Source: an uncultured delta proteobacterium (lineage in GTDB: Bacteria > Desulfobacterota > Binatia > UBA9968). From it: DNA of 64,000 bases. This document shows, piece by piece, positions 19,974-30,372 of this stretch. Numbering within the stretch: the first letter of the stretch is position 1; each line of letters opens with the position of its first letter. The stretch is from contig CAWDPO010000025.1 of the NCBI GenBank assembly GCA_963804165.1, forward strand, positions 110,786 to 174,785, in the 5' to 3' direction. A program made the translations under genes and the position numbers. The notes under the pieces are model-generated. The model did no database searches. It was not told the origin of the DNA and saw only the letters and a program-made list of their open reading frames with translations.

Positions 19974-21536
19974 ATGAAGAACCACGAGACTGAAGCCGCA
20001 TGGACCTATCATAACGGCACGAAGCATTCGTACGAGAGCATTCGGACCAATCGTCATTATCTCGACTGGGACAATCAGCCGATCCCGTTCAAGATCTATT
20101 CCGGACTGGCGCCCATTACTCTACCGGAGCATTTATCATCTTCGGGAATCCCGGCACCTGCGGCGATATCGAGCAGCGCCGCGCATCAAGATGATTCTGT
20201 CCTACCGACGCGACAGACCGTAGCGGAAATCTTATTTCACTCCGCCGGTATTACGAGGCGGAGAAGCTATCCGGGTGGGGAGATGTTATTTCGCGCGGCC
20301 GCTTGCACCGGCGCCCTCTATCACATCGATCTCTATCTTGTGTGCGGTGACCTTGAGGATCTTGACGCGGGTGTCTATCACTTCAGCCCACAGGGTTTTT
20401 CGCTGCGAAGGTTGCGAGAGGGAGATTATCGTTCAGTCTTGGTGACTGCCAGTGGAGAGGAACCTTCGATCGTGAATGCGCCGTGCGTGATCGTCAGCGG
20501 ATCAACATTCTGGCGCAACGCGTGGAAATACCAGGCGCGCGCTTATCGGCACTGCTATTGGGACAACGGCACAATTCTCGCCAATCTTTTGGCCGCGGCG
20601 GCTGCGCGGAATATCGCCGCCAAGGTGGTCCTCGGCTTCGTCGATGAGACTGTAAACCACCTCTTGGGCTTGGATAGCCAACGCGAGGCGCCGCTTTCCA
20701 TGGTGGCGATGGGTGAAGCGTCGCCACGGCGAATTGGTCTGTCTCCGCCGTTGGAGACGCTGGCGTTCGAAATTGCGCCGCTGTCGAAAACCGAGGTCGA
20801 CTACCCGGAGATGAGGGCGATGCACGAGGCTTCTTCTTTGGAGAGCGACGAAGAAGTCGCGGCGTGGCGAGAGGGGAGAGGAAAGGCGGAAGGCAAAGGG
20901 ATAACGGATGAAGGAGGAAACGCGCGGCTGTTTCCACTTCAATTGTTGCGTGATGACGAATTGCCTCAAGACGCGATCGAGGAGGTGATCGTTCGGCGCG
21001 GCTCGACGCGCGAGTTTGAACGCGAATCGATTAGCTTTGCGCAGCTCTCAACGATGCTCGATCGCGCGACCCGGGGAATACGGGCGGACTTTCTCGAACA
21101 GGTGGAAGTCCCGCTCAACGATGTTTACTTGATAGTGCACGCGGTGGACGAACTGCCGCCGGGAGCATACGTTTTTCGGCGCGAGCAACTCGCGCTCGAA
21201 TTACTAAAAGAAGGCGATTTTCGCCGCGAGGCGGGCTATCTCGGTTTGGGCCAGGAGATTCCGGCCGATTGCAGCGTCAACGTTTACTTTTTAGCCGATC
21301 TAAAAAAAGTTCTGGACCGTTTTGGCAACCGTGGTTATCGCGCGGCTCAGCTCGAAGCGGCCATCATGGGCGGAAAACTCTATCTTGCGGCGTATGCTCA
21401 GCGGCTCGGCGCCTCCGGGCTGACGTTCTTTGACAACGACGTCATGGAATTTTTCTCGCCCCATGCGGCGGGCAAGAGCGTGACGTTTTTGATCGCTTTG
21501 GGTAAGTCGGCAAAGCGGAATCGGGCGAAAACTTGA
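19974..21536 (+). CDS. SagB/ThcOx-type tandem nitroreductase-domain dehydrogenase
   Basis: YHNGTKHS, FRAAACTGALY, WKYQARAYR; second domain RRGSTREF, RGYRAAQLEA. Confidence 0.85.
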   Translation: MKNHETEAAWTYHNGTKHSYESIRTNRHYLDWDNQPIPFKIYSGLAPITLPEHLSSSGIPAPAAISSSAAHQDDSVLPTRQTVAEILFHSAGITRRRSYPGGEMLFRAAACTGALYHIDLYLVCGDLEDLDAGVYHFSPQGFSLRRLREGDYRSVLVTASGEEPSIVNAPCVIVSGSTFWRNAWKYQARAYRHCYWDNGTILANLLAAAAARNIAAKVVLGFVDETVNHLLGLDSQREAPLSMVAMGEASPRRIGLSPPLETLAFEIAPLSKTEVDYPEMRAMHEASSLESDEEVAAWREGRGKAEGKGITDEGGNARLFPLQLLRDDELPQDAIEEVIVRRGSTREFERESISFAQLSTMLDRATRGIRADFLEQVEVPLNDVYLIVHAVDELPPGAYVFRREQLALELLKEGDFRREAGYLGLGQEIPADCSVNVYFLADLKKVLDRFGNRGYRAAQLEAAIMGGKLYLAAYAQRLGASGLTFFDNDVMEFFSPHAAGKSVTFLIALGKSAKRNRAKT

Positions 21537-21569
21537 GCTAGTCAGCGCGGCCGACCGGGGCAGCAGATT

Positions 21570-22430
21570 TCATTCCATCAAGCCGATGCCGTGATGTTGC
21601 AGCACACGGATCTCCAGCGACGCCGGCAAGCCGTCCTTGCTGATCGCCAGCGTATCGCCTTTTAAAAACTGTGTCTTTATTCCCGTCGTAAATTGCCTCA
21701 CCAGGTAGGAGCTGTCGCGGTGATGCATCGGGACGGCGACTTTCGGCTTGAGCTGGGCCAGCACTTCTCTGGCCAGGTGCGGGTCCATGGTGCGCCGGCC
21801 ACCGATCGGCGTCAGGGCGACGTCGACTTTGCCGAAGGCTTTGATTTGCTGCTCGTTGAGTTTTTGGCTTAAGTCGCCGAGATGAGCGATGCACAATGTT
21901 CCGAGATCGAAAACGAATGCCGAACCATGGATGCCCTCGATAAATTCCGCGTTCTGATGGATTGGCACGTTGTAGATGTAGGTGTCTTTGAAGCTCCTGC
22001 TTATCGTGTTCCATCCCGCACCGAAGTCTTTGAGTCCTCGGAGAATCAGCGGATTGCCCCGGACAATTTGCACCGCGTTGTGATTAAACTGCTCTTTGCC
22101 CACCGTGACGACGTCGCCCACCACATTCGGGTTCGGATACCATCCTGGCCCCAACGGGTCGGTGACGATGCGCGTTCCCTTGCTGGTGGTGATGAGAAAA
22201 AAATTGTGGCCGAAGTATTGAATCGTCGCGTCGACGTTCGCCGCGTAGGCAAGCGATCCAAACCCGCGCGCCACGTCCGGGTCGCGGCAAGCGGAGAAGG
22301 CGGAAGCGCTAACGGTAAGAAGTGAACTGAGGAAAATTGCCGAACTGAAGATTGACCGTATCGCTATAAATTGACGAAGCAGATCATGACGGCCACGATC
22401 ACGGTGCTTGCCACAACGCCGCGTTTCCAT
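21570..22430 (-). CDS. Metallo-beta-lactamase-fold protein with a degenerate metal motif (start uncertain)
   Basis: YFGHNFFLI..TDP, HLGDL, PIGG, VPMH; the HxHxDH position reads KEQFNH. Confidence 0.75.
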   Translation of the reverse strand: METRRCGKHRDRGRHDLLRQFIAIRSIFSSAIFLSSLLTVSASAFSACRDPDVARGFGSLAYAANVDATIQYFGHNFFLITTSKGTRIVTDPLGPGWYPNPNVVGDVVTVGKEQFNHNAVQIVRGNPLILRGLKDFGAGWNTISRSFKDTYIYNVPIHQNAEFIEGIHGSAFVFDLGTLCIAHLGDLSQKLNEQQIKAFGKVDVALTPIGGRRTMDPHLAREVLAQLKPKVAVPMHHRDSSYLVRQFTTGIKTQFLKGDTLAISKDGLPASLEIRVLQHHGIGLME

Positions 22431-22663
22431 CAGCGGCAGGCTATTGGATTGAAGTTAAAAAAACAATCGATAAGTTTAGCGCGCCTTAGAGTCTTTTGCC
22501 CCGAACCCGCGATGCGTGAGGTTCAGCAGGCCTGGCTATTCGATCGCTTCATGTTAAAATTTTCTACCAAGCACGGCTTGTTTTCCGGTGCGTCCAAGCC
22601 GGTTATAAGGATTGTCTGAACGCGCGCTGATCATTGTTGTCACCGCGTGAGGAGGGACGAATC

Positions 22664-23398
22664 ATGTTGAATGTCGAAAACAAAGTCATCGTCATCACCG
22701 GAGCCAGCAGTGGAATCGGCGAAGCCACGGCTAAGCTGCTCGCTGAAAACGGCGCTAAGGTTGTTCTTGGCGCGCGGCGCACGGAAAAGCTTGAAAACAT
22801 CGTCCGGGACATTCGCACACAGGGTGGCACGGCAGAATTCAAAGCCGTGGATGTTACAAAGCGTGATGATGTAAAAGCGTTCGTCGATTTTGCCAAAGAC
22901 AAGTTCGGACGCGTCGACGTCATTGTAAATAACGCCGGGATCATGCCGCTGTCGCCGATGAAAGCTTTGAAAGTTGATGAATGGGATAACATGATCGACG
23001 TCAACATCCGCGGCGTATTGAACGGCATCGCCGCGGGCTTGCCGATCATGGAAGCGCAAGGCTGCGGCCAGTTCGTGAATACCGCCTCCATAGGCGCCCA
23101 TGTTGTCGTGCCGACGGGCGCGGTTTACTGCGCGACCAAGTACGCGGTCTGGGCGATCTCCGAAGGTCTGCGGCAAGAATCACAAAACATCCGAGTCACC
23201 ACCATCTGTCCAGGGGTGGTCGAGACCGAACTGGGCTCCGACATTACCGACCCGTCGGCGCAAGGCGCGTTGAGAGACTATCGCAAAATCGCCCTGGGGC
23301 CCGATGCGATTGCCAGAGCGATTTTATTTGCTGTTTCGCAGCCCGACGGTGTCGATGTCAATGAAGTCATCGTGCGACCCACGGCGAGTGCATTCTAA
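22664..23398 (+). CDS. Short-chain dehydrogenase/reductase
   Basis: TGASSGIG, NNAG, YCATK. Confidence 0.92.
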   Translation: MLNVENKVIVITGASSGIGEATAKLLAENGAKVVLGARRTEKLENIVRDIRTQGGTAEFKAVDVTKRDDVKAFVDFAKDKFGRVDVIVNNAGIMPLSPMKALKVDEWDNMIDVNIRGVLNGIAAGLPIMEAQGCGQFVNTASIGAHVVVPTGAVYCATKYAVWAISEGLRQESQNIRVTTICPGVVETELGSDITDPSAQGALRDYRKIALGPDAIARAILFAVSQPDGVDVNEVIVRPTASAF

Positions 23399-23586
23399 GT
23401 ACCGACGCAATAATTCGCCTACGAGGGAAAAAAGAGAAAACACGAAGCCGAGCGCGTGGCCGAATTCGACATTTCAAAACCTTCGGCGGGTCATAGACCT
23501 CGAACACTGCGGGTTACAGATTTATCCTGCCGTTGTGTTTATCGAATCCTAAGCGCGCTTAAATTATTCTAAGCGAGAATCACCGC

Positions 23587-24114
23587 TCAAACGAAGCCCA
23601 AAATTCCTGCGAGCGCACCCGCGGCGAGTAGCCACAGCGGGTTCCATGACGTGCGCAAAACCACGGCGACGGTGATGAGTGTGATCAGGTAGCTCCGCCA
23701 GTCGTGGTTCACCGTGCGCATCAGGATCGTTGCGCTTGCGAACATCAGCCCAATCGTAATCGGTGTCAGGCCGCGGCGGACAGCGCGGCTGATTGGGGCA
23801 TTGGGATACCGCTCGTTGAAATGCCCGACAAGCAGCGTGAGAGTGGTGGCCGGCACCAGCAACGGAATCGTGGTCGCGGCGACGCCCTTCCATCCCGCCA
23901 GGTGCCAGCCCATAAGCGTGACGTACATGACGTTGGGACCGGGCGCGACCTGCGCCAAGGTGTAGATCTCGGCAAACTGCGCGCTCGTCAAGAGGTGGTG
24001 CACTTCCACCACATAGCGATGGATGTCCGGCAGGATCGTCGAGGGACCGCCGACGGCCACGAACCACAGAGCCAAAAAATGCAAAAACAGCGCGCTGAGA
24101 TCGACACGGTCCAT
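23587..24114 (-). CDS. Short-chain chromate transporter (CHR), second half
   Basis: AVGGP, LAQVAPGPN. Confidence 0.85.
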   Translation of the reverse strand: MDRVDLSALFLHFLALWFVAVGGPSTILPDIHRYVVEVHHLLTSAQFAEIYTLAQVAPGPNVMYVTLMGWHLAGWKGVAATTIPLLVPATTLTLLVGHFNERYPNAPISRAVRRGLTPITIGLMFASATILMRTVNHDWRSYLITLITVAVVLRTSWNPLWLLAAGALAGILGFV

Positions 24115-24668
24115 CACTCCTGCTCTTTCCACGCCGCGAAGATAGCCCAGGGCGTTAAAGCCCCCATGACCCACAGTAGCGGCCAGCGCATGACGCCCAC
24201 GCCGACAAAGGCCAGCATCGCAAACATCCACGCCTGCCAGCGCCGCGGCAACACCATCGCCAACTTGATCACGGTGGCGAGCAGTAACCCCGCCGCTACA
24301 ATGGACATGCCGGCCAGCGCCTGCTGCACCTGTGGTACAGCGCCGTAGTGCTGATACAGCACGCCCATGCCGATGACCACCAGACATGGCCAGCCCAAGA
24401 AGCCGGCGACGGCCGCTAGCGCGCCCGTCCAGCCGGCGAAACGATAGCCAACCATCACGGTTAGATTGAGCACGTTGGGCCCGGGCAGGAGCTGTCCGAG
24501 CGTTAACACTTCGACAAATTCCCGCTCGGTGAGCCAGCGCTGTCGCTCGACCAGCTGACGCCGTGCCCAAAAAATCGCGCCGCCGAAACTTGACAAGCTA
24601 ACCCGTGAAAAAGTGAGGAATAGATCAAGCGGGCTTACCTGCGGCTTATGTGATTCTGTTTGCTCCAT
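24114..24668 (-). CDS. Short-chain chromate transporter (CHR), first half
   Basis: SFGG, LVERQRWL, LGQLLPGPN; stop overlaps the next start. Confidence 0.85.
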   Translation of the reverse strand: MEQTESHKPQVSPLDLFLTFSRVSLSSFGGAIFWARRQLVERQRWLTEREFVEVLTLGQLLPGPNVLNLTVMVGYRFAGWTGALAAVAGFLGWPCLVVIGMGVLYQHYGAVPQVQQALAGMSIVAAGLLLATVIKLAMVLPRRWQAWMFAMLAFVGVGVMRWPLLWVMGALTPWAIFAAWKEQE

Positions 24669-25128
24669 GGTTTCTTGGCTTGATGCGTTGAACCGGTTGA
24701 ACTGAAGACGTTTTTTCTTCTTTGAGTCTTTAGCAGGTTTCTGGAGAAAAGTTTCGGATTGCTTCGACACGGTCAGCATGGACGGAAAATCTAATTCATT
24801 TCAACCCCGTCTCCGTTTGCCTTGAGGCTTATGATGGATGTCGGCTTTGTTTTGGATCCGTTGGTTTTGCTTCGCCCAGTCTCTCGAGCAGCTTCGCCGT
24901 CGTCTCCACGTTACGGCAAAAGGGCGCCGCGACTTCGCTCGTCCCCGCACCCTAGGCTGTCCGTAACTCGAGGGGTTGCTTCCTTTCCCTTCCTTCTCTC
25001 CCAAGTAACGTTGGTTACACCACTGTATCCAAGCGTTGCGTCCGTAGCTTGCTACCGAGGAACGTAAATCCCGCGAATCGATAGGGCAATTCAGTCATTT
25101 ATGTCGAACCCGAGAAAGAACTGCGAGA

Positions 25129-25144
25129 TGGCATTGGCATTGCT
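25129..25144 (+). promoter_or_regulatory. Sigma54-type promoter upstream of the TIR gene
   Basis: TGGCATTGGCATTGCT (GG-N10-GC). Confidence 0.55.
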
Positions 25145-25278
25145 GTCCTGGAAAGGTGTGACGCTAGCTTAGAAAAGAAAACAGCAAGGGGGCGGGTACT
25201 TAAAGCGGACGCCAACGAGAAAGCGAAAATCTTACCTGGGTAGCCGCTTTCGCTAGCGCGAAGCGCAAGGAGGGTCAA

Positions 25279-26730
25279 ATGCGTGCCATCTTTATAAGTT
25301 ATCGAAGGGAAGATGCTGAAGGTCAGGCGGGTCGCTTGTTCGATGATCTTGCCAGGCAGTTTGGTGAGGACTCCGTGTTCATGGACGTGGCAGGTATTGA
25401 GCCGGGGCGCGATTTTCGCCGCGTGATCGACGAGCATGTCGCCTCTTGCGGTGTCCTGTTGGCGATGATCGGCAAGAGCTGGATCGACGCCGCGGATGAG
25501 TCGGGCCGGCGCCGCCTCGAAGATCCTATGGATTTCGTTCGTCTCGAGACCGCCTCTGCATTGAGGCGGGACATTCCGGTCGTTCCTGTGCTCGTGCATG
25601 GCGCGCGCATGCCGCGGGCGGAGCAATTGCCCCCGGATCTGGCAGAGCTCGCTTATCGCAACGGCGTCGAGCTGACGCACGCGCGCTGGGACTCCGATGT
25701 CCAGGTGCTGGTCAAGGCGCTGAGTCCTCATGTGGAATCATCGCAAAAGAACGCGGACCGAGTGAACACCACCGCGTCGGCCGATGTGCCGAGGACAACG
25801 CGGATGACGAGTACCGGCCCGGATTCCGGTGTACCGCAAACTCCCGAGCATACGCTGCTCGCTAGTGCGCACTCGGCGAAAAAGTCTCTCACAATGATCG
25901 TAGCGGGATCACTGGCCGCGCTCGTCATAGCCGGCGGCGGATACGCGTGGTATCAAAAATCTTCCTTGCGGGCCGAGATGGTGCGGCAAGCGGCTTTACT
26001 GGAGGAGGCAAAAAAGAAGGCTGCTGCCGAGGAGCTTGAAGCCAAGAAACGCGCGGAAGAGAAAGCTACAGCGGACGCCCTTGAAGCTAAAAAACAGGCC
26101 GCGGAGCAAACTATCGCGGCGGAGACCGAAGCCAAAAGACGATCGCAGGAGAAAGCGCTTGCGCAAGAACTTGAAACGAAGAGGCAAGCCCAGGAGAAGG
26201 CTTATGCCCATGAGCTCGAAGCCAAGAGACGAGCACAGGAAATAGCTGACGCTGAAGAACGTGAAAGAACAAGACTTGCGCGCGAGAAAGCTGAAGCCGA
26301 CAGATTGGCCCAAATAGCTAACACCAAGAAACGTGACGTCGAGAGACGCGATCAGGAAATCGCTGTCGCAGAGGAACGTGAAAGGATGAGACAGACAGCG
26401 CTCGCCGAGGAACGTGAAAAGATGAGACTGGCGCAGGAAAGGGCTGCCGCGGCACAGCGCGCGCGCTGGTCGTCCTATAATTTTCCACCACCGAACGGTG
26501 GGCTGCTGGTCTACACGATCAGGTCCGATGGCAATCCGGTCTGCGCGTCCTACGACGGCGGCAGTTGCTTGTGGGGACACACTTACGATCAAATCGATTT
26601 CAAGAGACTCCGGCCACTAGCCTGCGGTGAAGAGCATCGCGCAAAATGGGGTCTTACCGGCTACGAAAACCTCAAGCACTGGTGCAATTTGGCGAGAAGA
26701 ATCAGCGCTGATCGGAGATATCTGAGATAA
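25279..26730 (+). CDS. TIR-domain membrane protein: TIR, TM, coiled-coil repeats, Cys-rich C-terminal domain
   Basis: IFISYRRED, VFMD..IEPG.DF, DFVRLE, IPVVPVL; TM MIVAGSLAALVIAGGGYAWY; E/K/A-rich repeats; AGGAGG RBS. Confidence 0.88.
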   Translation: MRAIFISYRREDAEGQAGRLFDDLARQFGEDSVFMDVAGIEPGRDFRRVIDEHVASCGVLLAMIGKSWIDAADESGRRRLEDPMDFVRLETASALRRDIPVVPVLVHGARMPRAEQLPPDLAELAYRNGVELTHARWDSDVQVLVKALSPHVESSQKNADRVNTTASADVPRTTRMTSTGPDSGVPQTPEHTLLASAHSAKKSLTMIVAGSLAALVIAGGGYAWYQKSSLRAEMVRQAALLEEAKKKAAAEELEAKKRAEEKATADALEAKKQAAEQTIAAETEAKRRSQEKALAQELETKRQAQEKAYAHELEAKRRAQEIADAEERERTRLAREKAEADRLAQIANTKKRDVERRDQEIAVAEERERMRQTALAEEREKMRLAQERAAAAQRARWSSYNFPPPNGGLLVYTIRSDGNPVCASYDGGSCLWGHTYDQIDFKRLRPLACGEEHRAKWGLTGYENLKHWCNLARRISADRRYLR

Positions 26731-26881
26731 GGTCGAAGCCGAAACGGTACGAGAGACCGGACGAGGTAACCCAGGCGTTTCGGAAGTGATTCTCCGGAAG
26801 TTTCCTAAGACCTGAGAATGATCGAGCCAAGCAACGAAAGTACAAAATGTCGCCGCATCCGAACCCAAACACTCTCGGTAA

Positions 26882-27733
26882 TCAGCCCGCGCCGATGAGC
26901 ACGACGCCAAGCCCCGCGCACGCCAGGCCAGTAACTTGAATGCGGCGGAGCCGCTCGCCGAGAACCAAGCGCGCAAGAAGGATCGTGCTCGCGGGGTACA
27001 GCGAGGTCAGCGCGGCGGCGATGGTCAACATGCCCAGACGTGTGGCAAGGAGGTAGAGCACGTTCGCGAAGATGTCGAGCGCGCCGCCGCCGACAATCAG
27101 CCACACCGCGTCACGCCCGACGCGCAACGGCGGCCGACGGCAGAGCGCTACGACGCCGAGGAGGGCAAGCGCGGCCAGGCGCGCCGAAACGAGCGGCAAG
27201 AGGCCGGAGGCGAGACCGCTTTGCTTAAGTGCAACGAAGAACACGCCGATCAGAACCCCGGCCGAAAGCGACGCGGCAAGACCTTGCGCGGCGCCCAGTC
27301 CTTGTTCTCTCGTGGCCTTCTGCGCTCCGTCTTGACTGATGAGCATAATTGCCGTGATGGCGAGCGCCACGCCTAAGAATGCGCTCAGTGACAAACGATC
27401 TCCGAGCACGATTCCCGCCGCGGCCGACACCACCACCGCCAATACGGCAGTGACGGGTGCGACCACACTCATCTTACCGGTCGCCAGCCCCTGGTAAAGT
27501 AGCGTCAGTCCCATGGCGAGCGCTGCACCGGCCAGGGCGCCCCAGGCGAAGTCGGTACGGGTCGCGTTTGCAGTCGGCAAAAACGGCAACATAAGGAGAA
27601 GCGTGATGAGTCCGGCGAGTTGGGAGAAGATCATCACCGCCATCACTGACGATCGTCGCGACGCCAAGCCGCCGAGAAAATCAGCGCTGCCGTACAGCGT
27701 CGCCGAGAGCAATGCAAAAAGAATCGTCGCCAT
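26882..27733 (-). CDS. DMT/EamA family transporter
   Basis: GSADFLGG, MSVVAP, SLYPA..LGERL; about 10 TM segments. Confidence 0.88.
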   Translation of the reverse strand: MATILFALLSATLYGSADFLGGLASRRSSVMAVMIFSQLAGLITLLLMLPFLPTANATRTDFAWGALAGAALAMGLTLLYQGLATGKMSVVAPVTAVLAVVVSAAAGIVLGDRLSLSAFLGVALAITAIMLISQDGAQKATREQGLGAAQGLAASLSAGVLIGVFFVALKQSGLASGLLPLVSARLAALALLGVVALCRRPPLRVGRDAVWLIVGGGALDIFANVLYLLATRLGMLTIAAALTSLYPASTILLARLVLGERLRRIQVTGLACAGLGVVLIGAG

Positions 27734-28062
27734 TGTGTTTCAGATTATCGGCTAGCTTAGTGAAGTAAAGTCGGAAACGTTTAATGGATTAGCGGGAAGA
27801 CACCAGGGTTCGACTTCAATGACTCGACCATCTTTGTTGATTTATCGAAGTCTAACCCTGCTGACCCGTTCGATCTTCACCACCGCTTTCCAGCAGCTTG
27901 CGAATCGCATTGCGGTTTCCCATATCAGCGACCTCGGTGTCTCGGTGGTGCAAACTCCGGGTCTTTGTTAATTTTTCAGCGCTGGGTTGATTTTCGCAGG
28001 TTTCTCTCACAGACTTTAATAATCTTCCCATCTTTATTTTCTACTTTAGCAGAGGTGATGCG

Positions 28063-28638
28063 ATGAAGCTTTACTACAATCCGCAGAGCCGCGCGGCGAT
28101 CGCCAAGTGGATGCTTGACGAGTGCAGCGCGCAATATGAAATCGTTCCAATTGATTTCGCGAAGCGGGAGCATAAGACGCCGGAGTTTCTGAAGATCAAT
28201 CCCGCGGGCAAGCTGCCTGCTCTAGTCGATGGCGATTCCAAAGTCTTCGAGGGCGCGGCGATCTGCCTGTACCTGGGCGACAAATTTCCTGAAGCGAAGC
28301 TCGCGCCCAAAATCGGCGCACCGGAACGGGGCCGCTATCTTTCGTTGATGGTCTATTCGACTTCTCAACTCGAACCGGCCATGGGTGACACGTTGTTGAA
28401 GGTGGAGTCATTGCCCCAACGGGGTTGGTCGGAATTCGAAACCGTCAAGGACGTGATCGAAGGAGAGTTGGGCGATGGACCATACCTGTTCGGTGACTGG
28501 TTCACCGCCGCCGATGTGATGATTGGCTCCATGTTCATCTGGAAGCGGATGTGGGGCGGCCCGCCGGAGCGGCCGAAGATCGAGGCGTATGTGGATTGTC
28601 TTCTCTCGCGCTCCGCAGCGATGAAGATTGGTAAGTGA
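28063..28638 (+). CDS. Glutathione S-transferase family protein
   Basis: LYYNPQSRA, INPAGKLPAL, FTAADV. Confidence 0.88.
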   Translation: MKLYYNPQSRAAIAKWMLDECSAQYEIVPIDFAKREHKTPEFLKINPAGKLPALVDGDSKVFEGAAICLYLGDKFPEAKLAPKIGAPERGRYLSLMVYSTSQLEPAMGDTLLKVESLPQRGWSEFETVKDVIEGELGDGPYLFGDWFTAADVMIGSMFIWKRMWGGPPERPKIEAYVDCLLSRSAAMKIGK

Positions 28639-28868
28639 TCGGGCAAAAGTGATGGGGTGGGATTAGACAGTTGTGATTTGATCGCGTGTGGCAAATATCC
28701 GCTTGACGCCAATCGCGAGCTGGAGGGCCGCCAGCAGGTCGCCATGGCGATTTCAACACCGCGGCGACGAAAAGACCAAAGGGATCCAATCATTTGTTGA
28801 TAGTTGTTTCAGTACTTGTGTAGCAATGTCTGTCAACAAAGAACGGCGTTCTTTGTGACTTCGCTGGG

Positions 28869-29852
28869 CTAGCGCTTTCCTAACAACGCGCCGATGAAGC
28901 CGGAGTCGTCGAGTTCTTTGATCAAACTGTTGTCGTAGAACTGTTCCGGCTCGGCGCGGCGGGCGGCATCGCGGCGCGACATCTTGAGGGCGCGTGCGAC
29001 GATTTCCTTATTCACGTAGGGTCGGGGCGGTATATGCGGGATGCTGGTGCGGTAGCTCTCCTGGAGCACCTCCCGGTCGGCGATGCGTGAGTATTTGCCG
29101 ATGATGCGTTGGGCCAAGGAGGCATCCTGGCGCAGGGCTGCCAGGGCTTCGAGATACGCCTTATAGAAGTTGATGGCCGTCACCCGGTTCTGCTTGAGCC
29201 AGCTTTCTTTGGCGGCGAGCGCGCCGTAACCGAACGGGATTCTCATCTCCATCAGATTCATGAGTTCTCTGAAGCCCAGCTTCTGAGCGATCAGGCCGTT
29301 GGGCGGAGAAATAATCGCCGCTTCGGCGAGGCCTTGCTGCAGCGACTGCACTCGGGCGTCGGTGCCGCCGACGTAGAGAATCTTGTAATCGTTGTCTTTT
29401 AGTCCCGCCGTTTCGAGCGCATCGCGTATCCCGTAATCGGAGGCGGAGCCGGCGCTGCTGGCGGCGATGACTTTGCCCTTGAGTTGCGCCGCGCTCGTAA
29501 TCGTCGGCTTGCTGAAAATTTGAAAATAGTAAGTGTCGTAAACCGAACCGATGATCGTGACATCTCCGCCGGCCAGGCGCGCTTCAACTCCGGCGTTCAG
29601 AGCGATCTGTCCAAGCTGAATGGAGTCGGATTCCAAGGCGAGGGCAATCCTCGATCCTCCGGCAAGGTAGATGAGCTCGGCGTCGATGCCATGTTTTGCA
29701 AAGAAGCCGTTGTCACGGCCGGCCCAAAGCGGCGCCATGGTTGCCGTGATGGCGCTGTAACCGAGGCGCAGTTTGGCCGCGCTCGCGCCGTATGAGAAAG
29801 AAGTCGAAACGAGGACCATCAAAAAGCTGAAGATCGCAACTCCTAGCCTCAT
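28869..29852 (-). CDS. ABC substrate-binding protein (SsuA/NMT1-like)
   Basis: Signal peptide, GFFAKHGID, LKGK.IA, FYDNSLIKEL. Confidence 0.82.
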   Translation of the reverse strand: MRLGVAIFSFLMVLVSTSFSYGASAAKLRLGYSAITATMAPLWAGRDNGFFAKHGIDAELIYLAGGSRIALALESDSIQLGQIALNAGVEARLAGGDVTIIGSVYDTYYFQIFSKPTITSAAQLKGKVIAASSAGSASDYGIRDALETAGLKDNDYKILYVGGTDARVQSLQQGLAEAAIISPPNGLIAQKLGFRELMNLMEMRIPFGYGALAAKESWLKQNRVTAINFYKAYLEALAALRQDASLAQRIIGKYSRIADREVLQESYRTSIPHIPPRPYVNKEIVARALKMSRRDAARRAEPEQFYDNSLIKELDDSGFIGALLGKR

Positions 29853-30139
29853 GGGACCTCCGTCGATTGTGTTCAACAGGGTAGCCGTCATCGTGGCTGT
29901 GACTCTATCACAAGCCCGGAAACGATCAGTACTCTGTCGCGACTCTTTTTTGTCGACAGCGAAACCGGTCGCGCGATAACGGAATGGCGAGGCTCCCGAC
30001 ACCTTTAAATGGGAGGCATCCGGAGACTCCGATCATCGATTCGGACGCTCATGTGTCGAAAGTGAGCGCCTCTGGGGCTTCATGGAGAAAGCTGATGGCG
30101 CGCGACGAAGGCGGCAGTGTAGTCACCTATTAGGGCAAG

Positions 30140-30227
30140 TCAGCAGGTTCAGATCACTAGCTTTGCTGTTCTTATATTTAACTTTGAAAAATCGCCTGAA
30201 GTGCTCAGAAATTCCTGGGATGGGATG
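30140..30227. repeat. Conserved non-coding repeat, copy 1
   Basis: Ungapped match to 40070-40157, 68/88 identical by hand count. Confidence 0.8.
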
Positions 30228-30372
30228 TTTATTTGTCTTTGCGAAGTCACGAAATGGTCCACTGTAGTGGTTAGATCTTTTCTTCGTATTGTTTCTGGTA
30301 CTTGGCGAGACGTTCAAAAATCGAAGATCTGATCACCCCAATGTCCAATTTTTCCGGTGCAGATTACGCTGT

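Noticed and set aside
19974-21536. SagB-type dehydrogenase as part of a thiazole/oxazole RiPP cluster
   Set aside because: No YcaO cyclodehydratase or Cys/Ser-rich precursor peptide nearby
24790-25080. Short ORFs between the chromate transporter and the TIR gene as a TIR partner
   Set aside because: No clear start or RBS and no recognisable domain; at most a degraded fragment
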